Shown: positions 57,630 to 64,000 of the stretch, piece after piece
Layout of the letters: every line of letters begins with the position of its first letter
Position numbering within the stretch: position 1 is the stretch's first letter
Assembly (NCBI GenBank): GCA_944393215.1
Contig: CALXZL010000002.1
Span: 141,226-205,225, forward strand
DNA: 64,000 nucleotides
Reading direction: 5' to 3'
Origin: an uncultured Alphaproteobacteria bacterium
Lineage (GTDB): Bacteria > Pseudomonadota > Alphaproteobacteria > RF32 > CAG-239
The notes under the pieces: generated by a model
Told to the model about the DNA's origin: nothing
What the model saw: the letters and a program-made list of their open reading frames with translations, nothing else
Databases searched by the model: none
Translations under genes and position numbers: made by a program

Positions 57630-59313
57630 GTGTTGTTCCGTCGTTAAAGTTTGTCATCAAAAATTGTTTATTGTAATCTTTACCAAATAAAGATGTATAC
57701 AAACTATTAACGATTGGCAACCATTTTTTATTCAAAACCACTTTATTATCAGAAATCATAAACGGAGAAGAACCGTTTTTAGCTTTGCCGACAATACGCA
57801 AAATTTGCGCGCCGCTCGGAACGGGTTGTCCTTTTTTCAAGCTGATTCCAGCCAAACCGGCATAAATCCGCGGTTGGGACAAATCAATATTTATTCCCGA
57901 TTCAAAATTTTTAGAAAAATCCCATTTCCAAGAACCGTCTGCTTGTTTATCCAGAGCATAAATTCCGGGGTTAATATCAACCACGGAAGTTGCCGTCCCT
58001 TTTTGCTTACCCATCATTTTAATGTAGAACGTACCGTCGCTTTGCAAAGATTGACGATACAAAGCATCGGAATTATCTTTGACTTCTCTGAACACATCCA
58101 TCACTTCAGGCTTGGTACAATCGGCATAGCTTGCCAAAAAAGCCAGACGGTGAATACCGACCAAACCGGAATGTTCGGCATCCAAGCTCAATTGTTCGGT
58201 CGGACCTTGCTGACGGTCATTAACTTCGTTGATGTAGATGTGATTATTTTTATCAATAATCAAATCAGCGCCGCACAAACCGACTTTACCGCATTTTGCC
58301 ATTAAGGAGCCGAGTTTTTGCGCAATTTCACCGACTTTAGCGTTAATTTCTTCAGGAAAATCATATCCCAAAGAGTTTCCCACACCATTTGACGGGCTGC
58401 GGGTTAAGTTTTTATCCCCAATGGCTTTGAGGGAGGCACGTACTGCCAAAACCACCGTATTGTTATCATTAATACCAAGTTCTTGACCTTTGGCGAGCAA
58501 TGAATAAATGGTATCGGGATTAAAAGCATCATCTTTAGCCCCGAGCATACCTTTGCTCAAGCCCTTAGTCTTTTCATCAGCCACCAAATTGCCCACAAAC
58601 ATAGACATATTGCTGCAAAAACCTTCAATACATTTGGCAATTTTCACACTGCCTTTTTGTTGGAAAAGATTTTGTTTGAAAGCCTCAAAGTCTGAAACAA
58701 TGCTTGTACCTTTTCCGCCACCGCTTTCAAAATTTTCGGCACCACAAGATTGAATAACCACTTTACCGCTCTGCCCTTGATATTTGGCATAAAGTTTATC
58801 CATATCTTTTTCAGACAAATCTTTCACATCCACCACTTCGGAAGGAATAAAACAATCTTGCAAACCGGCTTCAAACAAAATTTTTTGTAAATTTGTTTTT
58901 TCTTCAAAGAAAAGACGCAAGTTTTGTTCATTGGAAGCAACAATATCAGCACCTTTAAGTTTGAGATTACCGGACCAATATTTTCCGACCGGAGCTTCTA
59001 CAAAGAGTGCCACTTTTTTACCTTTGACAAGTTCTGAAGGTATGGCGCTGACTATTTCATGAATTTCTTTAGGAGTTTCACTAATACCGGTGGTATCAAA
59101 ACCGGGGCTGTATTGCACAATACCTTTAAAGAGCTGTTGTTTGGGCGCACCACCGGCAATAATGGCTTTTCCGCCTTTTGCCACAACTTCTTCCAAAATT
59201 CCGCCGCGTTGCGGATAAAAAGCCGGCATCACAAATAAAACATCATCGTTGCTTAATTGAGCAACCGTATCATCAAACAAAGCTTTAACTTTTTTACTCA
59301 AATCGGAAAACAT
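57622..59313 (-). CDS. Large ATP-grasp-like protein, 563 aa (putative amidoligase)
   Basis: GKVVIQSCGAENFESGGGKGTSIV is a K-loop/G-rich loop, and GLCGADLIIDKNNHIYINEVNDRQQG is an ATP-grasp C-terminal E-x-N motif. It is translationally coupled to the AstE/AspA gene. Confidence 0.5.
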   Translation of the reverse strand: MFSDLSKKVKALFDDTVAQLSNDDVLFVMPAFYPQRGGILEEVVAKGGKAIIAGGAPKQQLFKGIVQYSPGFDTTGISETPKEIHEIVSAIPSELVKGKKVALFVEAPVGKYWSGNLKLKGADIVASNEQNLRLFFEEKTNLQKILFEAGLQDCFIPSEVVDVKDLSEKDMDKLYAKYQGQSGKVVIQSCGAENFESGGGKGTSIVSDFEAFKQNLFQQKGSVKIAKCIEGFCSNMSMFVGNLVADEKTKGLSKGMLGAKDDAFNPDTIYSLLAKGQELGINDNNTVVLAVRASLKAIGDKNLTRSPSNGVGNSLGYDFPEEINAKVGEIAQKLGSLMAKCGKVGLCGADLIIDKNNHIYINEVNDRQQGPTEQLSLDAEHSGLVGIHRLAFLASYADCTKPEVMDVFREVKDNSDALYRQSLQSDGTFYIKMMGKQKGTATSVVDINPGIYALDKQADGSWKWDFSKNFESGINIDLSQPRIYAGLAGISLKKGQPVPSGAQILRIVGKAKNGSSPFMISDNKVVLNKKWLPIVNSLYTSLFGKDYNKQFLMTNFNDGTTHD

Positions 59314-59618
59314 ATTTTCCCTCCAAAAATATCAAGAACACCGCTCCTCGCGGCAAAAAAAACAAACACAAAAAAAACGGATTAAAAAATTTAAAATAAA
59401 ATAACAGCCCCCAAGGAGCGTCGGAGAGAAAGTCTTATAGACTCTATATGTAAAATCTCAATATTCATCATAGTGGCGCATGTGTAACATATTCAAAGTC
59501 GCTTGTCAATCATTTTGTCTAAAATCTACAAAAAAAAGATGAGGATTCTTATTGCCATAAAAAAAATATGTGTTTATATTATGCCAAAGAACAAAATAAA
59601 AACAAATTCGAGGCAAAA

Positions 59619-62441
59619 ATGGCAAACGATTTTATCGAAATCAAAGGCGGCAGAGAACACAACTTAAAAAACATTGATGTCAAGATTCCCAAGAATCAAC
59701 TGACTGTTGTTACCGGACTTTCCGGCTCAGGAAAATCATCTTTGGCTTTTGATACCATTTATGCCGAAGGACAACGCCGCTATGTTGAAAGTTTGTCAGC
59801 TTACGCCCGCCAATTTTTAGATTTAATGAAAAAGCCCGATGTCGATTCGATAGAAGGTCTGTCTCCTTCCATTTCCATTGAGCAAAAAACCACTTCGCAC
59901 AATCCGCGTTCTACGGTTGGTACGGTAACCGAAATTTATGACTATATGCGTTTGTTGTGGGCGCGCGCCGGAACACCCTATTCTCCGGCAACCGGATTGC
60001 CGATTGAATCCCAAACCGTATCGCAAATGGTCGATAAAATCATCTCCTTCCCGCTCGGAACAAAATTGATGCTCTTAGCCCCGATTGCCAGAGGTAAAAA
60101 AGGCGAGTTCAAAAAAGAAATCGAGAGTTTGCAAAAGCAAGGCTATCAGCGTTTGAAAATTGATGGCGAGATTTATGATATCGAAGAAGTACCGGAATTA
60201 AACAAAAATCAAAAACACGATATTGAGGTTGTGGTTGACCGTTTGGTTGTTAAAGAAGAAATTTCCGAGCGTTTGGCACAGTCTTTGGAAACTGCCTTAA
60301 AATTAAGCGACGGCTTGGTCTATGCCGAAAATATGAGCGATAAAAGTCGCACCGTTTTTTCTTCCAAATTTGCTTGTCCGGTATCAGGATTCACCATTGA
60401 AGAGATTGAGCCGCGCCTGTTTTCGTTTAACAATCCGCAAGGCGCTTGTCCGCATTGTGACGGTATCGGCGCCAAACTTTATATGGATCCGGAGCTGGTT
60501 ATTCCCAACCCCAATTTATCTTTAGCTCAAGGTGCGATTGCCCCGTGGGACAGCGGAAAATCGGCTTTTTACCGTCAAACGGTGGAATCTTTGGCGGAAT
60601 TTTTGCACATTTCCGTTCACACCCCGTGGAAGGAATTGCCGGAAAGCGCCCGCAAAGTGATTCTTTATGGTTCGGGTGATGTCTGCGTACCGATATATTA
60701 TTCACGCTTTGTCACCGAAAAACCTTTTGAAGGCGTAATTCCGAATATGGAACGCCGCTTTTTGGAAAGTGATTCTGATTGGGTTAGAGAAGAGTTTTCC
60801 AAATATCAATCTGCCGCACCTTGCGAATTTTGCCACGGTAAAAGATTAAAACCCGAAGCTTTGGCAGTCAAAATCGGCGGTCTGGATATTATGGATGCCT
60901 CCGAAATGTCCATCCAAAAAGCCTTAACGTGGTTCAGAGGCATTGAGCCGACCTTAAGTCCGAAAAAACAAGAGATTGCCCACAAGATTTTAAAGGAAAT
61001 CATTGAAAGATTAACCTTCCTCAACAATGTCGGTTTGGACTATTTAACTTTGTCGCGCCAATCCGGAAGCTTATCCGGCGGCGAAGCGCAACGTATTCGT
61101 CTGGCTTCGCAAATCGGCTCCGGCTTAACCGGTGTCTTATATGTTTTGGACGAACCGTCCATCGGTCTGCATCAAAGAGATAATGACCGCTTGCTTGCCA
61201 CACTCACCCGTCTAAGAGATATCGGTAATACCGTGATTGTGGTCGAGCATGACGAAGATGCAATTCGCGCCGCCGATTATCTGATAGACATGGGACCGGG
61301 AGCCGGACAGCTCGGCGGAGAAATCACCGCAGAAGGTACGGTTAAAGAGGTTTTAAAAAATCCTAAAAGTATAACGGCACAATATTTAAACGGAATTAAA
61401 GAAATTGCCGTTCCGAAAAAACGTCGTAAAGGTAACGGCAAATTTATCGGGGTTACCGGAGCAAGAACCAATAACCTCAAAAACGTGAACTTAAAAATTC
61501 CATTGGGAACGCTGACTTGCGTCACCGGGGTGTCAGGCGGCGGCAAATCATCACTCATTTTGGAAACCTTGTGCCAAGCCATTAACAAAGAGCTGAATGG
61601 CGCCCGCAACACCACCGGCAAATATGACAAACTGATTGGTGTGGAAAATATTGATAAAATCATTGAGATTGACCAATCCCCGATTGGTCGAACCCCGCGT
61701 TCCAATCCGGCAACCTATACCGGCTTATTTACCAATATTCGTGATTGGTTTGCTGGGCTTCCGGAATCCAAAGCCCGAGGCTACAATGCCGGACGCTTCT
61801 CGTTCAACGTTGCCGGAGGTCGATGCGAGGCTTGTAAAGGCGACGGCGTTACCAAAATTGAAATGCACTTTTTACCAGACGTTTATGTGGAGTGCGATGT
61901 TTGTAAAGGCAAACGTTTTAACCGCGAAACTTTGGAAATCAAATACAAAGGCAAGTCGATTGCCGATGTTTTGGATATGACCGTGGATGAGGCTTATGCC
62001 TTTTTTGAGAATATCCCGTCAATCAAAAACCGTCTGGATTTATTACGCAAAGTAGGCCTTGGCTATATTCATCTGGGACAACAAGCCACCACCCTTTCCG
62101 GCGGTGAAGCCCAACGTATCAAACTATCCAAAGAGCTTTCCAAACGCGCCACCGGCAAAACTCTTTATATTTTGGATGAACCGACCACGGGACTTCATTT
62201 TGAAGACATCAACAAGCTTTTAAGTGTTCTGCAAACTTTGGTAGACCAAGGCAACTGCATCATTGTGATTGAGCATAATTTGGATGTGATAAAAACCGCG
62301 GATTATATTGTAGATATCGGTCCCGAAGGCGGTGACGGCGGCGGACAAATCATTGCCCAAGGCACACCAGAAGAAGTGGCAAAATCAGAAATCAGCTACA
62401 CGGCAAAATATTTGCGTGATAAACTCGGAAACAAGGTTTAA
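59619..62441 (+). CDS. uvrA: Excinuclease ABC subunit A. The track ORF starts at 59568; the conserved N-terminus [19 protein letters not shown] begins at 59619.
   Basis: It has two ABC modules ([26 protein letters not shown]; [22 protein letters not shown]) and zinc fingers ([14 protein letters not shown]). Confidence 0.97.
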   Translation: MANDFIEIKGGREHNLKNIDVKIPKNQLTVVTGLSGSGKSSLAFDTIYAEGQRRYVESLSAYARQFLDLMKKPDVDSIEGLSPSISIEQKTTSHNPRSTVGTVTEIYDYMRLLWARAGTPYSPATGLPIESQTVSQMVDKIISFPLGTKLMLLAPIARGKKGEFKKEIESLQKQGYQRLKIDGEIYDIEEVPELNKNQKHDIEVVVDRLVVKEEISERLAQSLETALKLSDGLVYAENMSDKSRTVFSSKFACPVSGFTIEEIEPRLFSFNNPQGACPHCDGIGAKLYMDPELVIPNPNLSLAQGAIAPWDSGKSAFYRQTVESLAEFLHISVHTPWKELPESARKVILYGSGDVCVPIYYSRFVTEKPFEGVIPNMERRFLESDSDWVREEFSKYQSAAPCEFCHGKRLKPEALAVKIGGLDIMDASEMSIQKALTWFRGIEPTLSPKKQEIAHKILKEIIERLTFLNNVGLDYLTLSRQSGSLSGGEAQRIRLASQIGSGLTGVLYVLDEPSIGLHQRDNDRLLATLTRLRDIGNTVIVVEHDEDAIRAADYLIDMGPGAGQLGGEITAEGTVKEVLKNPKSITAQYLNGIKEIAVPKKRRKGNGKFIGVTGARTNNLKNVNLKIPLGTLTCVTGVSGGGKSSLILETLCQAINKELNGARNTTGKYDKLIGVENIDKIIEIDQSPIGRTPRSNPATYTGLFTNIRDWFAGLPESKARGYNAGRFSFNVAGGRCEACKGDGVTKIEMHFLPDVYVECDVCKGKRFNRETLEIKYKGKSIADVLDMTVDEAYAFFENIPSIKNRLDLLRKVGLGYIHLGQQATTLSGGEAQRIKLSKELSKRATGKTLYILDEPTTGLHFEDINKLLSVLQTLVDQGNCIIVIEHNLDVIKTADYIVDIGPEGGDGGGQIIAQGTPEEVAKSEISYTAKYLRDKLGNKV

Positions 62442-63484
62442 TCCCAACGAGAGTGACCGGCTTTATACGCTGGATGTACCGTTTTATTTCGAGAACTAAC
62501 CCCTTTAGGATGAGCGTTATTATAAGCTTGCTGAATCACGAGCCCCATTTCATAAAGACCGGTATGAGTAATATTCGGATCATATTTTGTTCCTATAGCT
62601 TTACGCAAATTTTTGACATCTGCTGCACTATAATCAAAATTCTGCACAATATCACAAAACATAGATGTAACGGTATGGCGAAAATTCCAATTTGGTTTAT
62701 GATTTTTCTCATGTTTTGCAACAAAATCACAATAAGCCGACATTAAAGATATAACAGCCTTCTTATCTATTTTAGGTTTGGAATCAACCGGCAAAGAAAA
62801 TTCATCGGCAAATAATTGAGGCATTTGGTTTTCATGCAGAGCTGCCGTATTTTGCAACAACTCGACCAATGGCTTCATAGAAACAGCCTTATATTCATGT
62901 TGCCTTCCGGCTTCAAAATACACCCCGGCAATCTCACCTAACATTTTATAAGAAACACGCTTGGATTGATTGGCATAATTATCAAGAAAAGGCTGAAATT
63001 TTGAAAAGATTTGCAAATATTCGGTTTTATTTTTCTTTTTTTTATCAAGCAAAGACTTCATCTTATAAAAAATATGTCGAGCTTGCAAATTCTGAGCATC
63101 GGAAGAAAAATCAACCTGAGCCAATTTATTAAAAAAGCTGTCATAAAATCGAGAATAATTTTTAAAAGACAAGAGATAATTTAAATATTTTAATTTATCG
63201 GTATCCGAAAGCGTCAACTCCTTTACGTTAGAGTTAATTAAAGCCACCGCTTCTTTTTGAAAGGGTGTTGAGTAGTATTTATTCAAATTCCAAATAAAAT
63301 TACCGTGAGCCGTTTGTTTTTCTTCGACAGAGTTAAACTTTTTAGTAAGAAAAGCCCTAACTTTTTCATGCAATTCATAAACGACTTTACCTGAGAATAA
63401 TCGAATATGAGGATATTTGGCATAAAAATCCATACACTGAAAAATTTCTTTTACATCAGGAGAATTAACAAAGGTATTAGTCAT
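62438..63484 (-). CDS. Hypothetical protein, 348 aa
   Basis: The ORF has no recognisable domain. Its stop overlaps the uvrA stop by 4 bp in convergent orientation. Confidence 0.45.
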   Translation of the reverse strand: MTNTFVNSPDVKEIFQCMDFYAKYPHIRLFSGKVVYELHEKVRAFLTKKFNSVEEKQTAHGNFIWNLNKYYSTPFQKEAVALINSNVKELTLSDTDKLKYLNYLLSFKNYSRFYDSFFNKLAQVDFSSDAQNLQARHIFYKMKSLLDKKKKNKTEYLQIFSKFQPFLDNYANQSKRVSYKMLGEIAGVYFEAGRQHEYKAVSMKPLVELLQNTAALHENQMPQLFADEFSLPVDSKPKIDKKAVISLMSAYCDFVAKHEKNHKPNWNFRHTVTSMFCDIVQNFDYSAADVKNLRKAIGTKYDPNITHTGLYEMGLVIQQAYNNAHPKGVSSRNKTVHPAYKAGHSRWD

Positions 63485-63596
63485 GGATATTCCTTTTGTC
63501 TATTTTTCTCTATTATACATATTTATCAAAGAAAGGCAAACAAAAAAAACTCCCGATTTTATCGGGAGTTTCTGTTTCATTACTTTTCAAAGTAAC

Positions 63597-64000
63597 TTAT
63601 TTAGCTTTAGCTGCTTCAATTTCGGATTGAATAACGGCTTGATCCAAAGTTTGAACCAATTTACCGTTAATAATCAAAGCCGGAACGCCATGAACCTGAA
63701 TTTTACCAGCCAAATCAGAGTTTGCCTTCATAATTTGAGCAACTTTATCAGAATTCATATCGGTCTTCATTTGTACCAAATCAACACCGGATTTAACAGC
63801 CAATTCATCAACTTTTGCTTCGGATAAAGCACCTTGATGTGTCATCAAAGCATCCAAAAGTTCAGCATATTTACCTTGCATATTGGCAGCTAAGGCAGCT
63901 TTGGCAGCATAAGAAGAAACAGGAGAAACGAAAGCCATTTCTTTGAATACATATTTAACATCCGGATTAGCTTCCATAACTTTTTTCAAATTCGGATATA
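63597..64000 (-). CDS. DsbA-like thioredoxin-fold protein, C-terminal part only. The CxxC N-terminus lies beyond the window edge.
   Basis: VHGVPALIINGKLV is the DsbA C-terminal cis-Pro loop region. The ORF stays open to the window end, so the Met at 63989 is internal. Confidence 0.6.
   Translation of the reverse strand, partial: YPNLKKVMEANPDVKYVFKEMAFVSPVSSYAAKAALAANMQGKYAELLDALMTHQGALSEAKVDELAVKSGVDLVQMKTDMNSDKVAQIMKANSDLAGKIQVHGVPALIINGKLVQTLDQAVIQSEIEAAKAK

Noticed and set aside
1-64000. A search for CRISPR arrays, rRNA genes, IS elements, transposases and integrases
   Set aside because: There are no regularly spaced direct repeats. No ORF shows DDE transposase or tyrosine or serine recombinase motifs. 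No rRNA-like conserved stretches were seen.

Overview
This is an AT-rich bacterial chromosome window of about 30% GC. Gene content and order point to an alphaproteobacterium with a reduced genome, possibly a host-associated lineage; that placement is an inference. Supporting observations are a yqeY-dnaG-rpoD operon, ssb and uvrA in divergent orientation, a long-form dsbD, ispH, and an ankyrin-repeat gene.

Housekeeping backbone:
- rpoD, dnaG, greA, trxB, gyrA, ssb, uvrA, ispH, rnhA, dsbD
- AcrAB-type RND efflux pump
- MacAB/LolCDE-like ABC efflux trio

Accessory content is interleaved with this backbone:
- Left island, 1-9.25 kb. It ends at a tRNA(CAU) gene on the minus strand, and the island sits on the 3' side of that tRNA. 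It holds two tandem DUF262 (GmrSD-like) type IV restriction-like genes and an ankyrin gene. It also holds a tightly coupled two-gene operon at 5606..9068. That operon encodes an unannotatable 340-aa protein followed by an 809/818-aa protein, which has an unknown N-terminal domain of about 210 aa fused to a UvrD-type SF1 helicase. I consider this operon the best candidate for a previously undescribed defence system.
- A predicted peptide-modification operon at 25.6-28.7 kb: a zinc protease, an inactive transglutaminase fused to a 7TM domain, and a RimK-like ATP-grasp enzyme.
- An AlbA_2/Schlafen-like gene between ispH and rnhA.
- A toxin/immunity-like insertion at 40.1-43.35 kb. A peptidoglycan-binding, glycine-zipper protein lacking a signal peptide is flanked by small membrane proteins. 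A diverged copy of the dsbD 3' end is joined to a fragment of the toxin gene at a 9-bp microhomology.
- A MIF-like tautomerase.
- A poly-C(10) tract upstream of a hexapeptide O-acetyltransferase, which is a candidate phase-variation switch.
- A second ATP-grasp gene next to an AstE/AspA deacylase-family gene.
- A GC-rich, 480-bp non-coding block between convergent gene ends, which may hold a structured ncRNA.

I saw no CRISPR array, rRNA, IS element or integrase. All calls rest on reading the translated ORFs and the DNA by eye. No database searches were possible.
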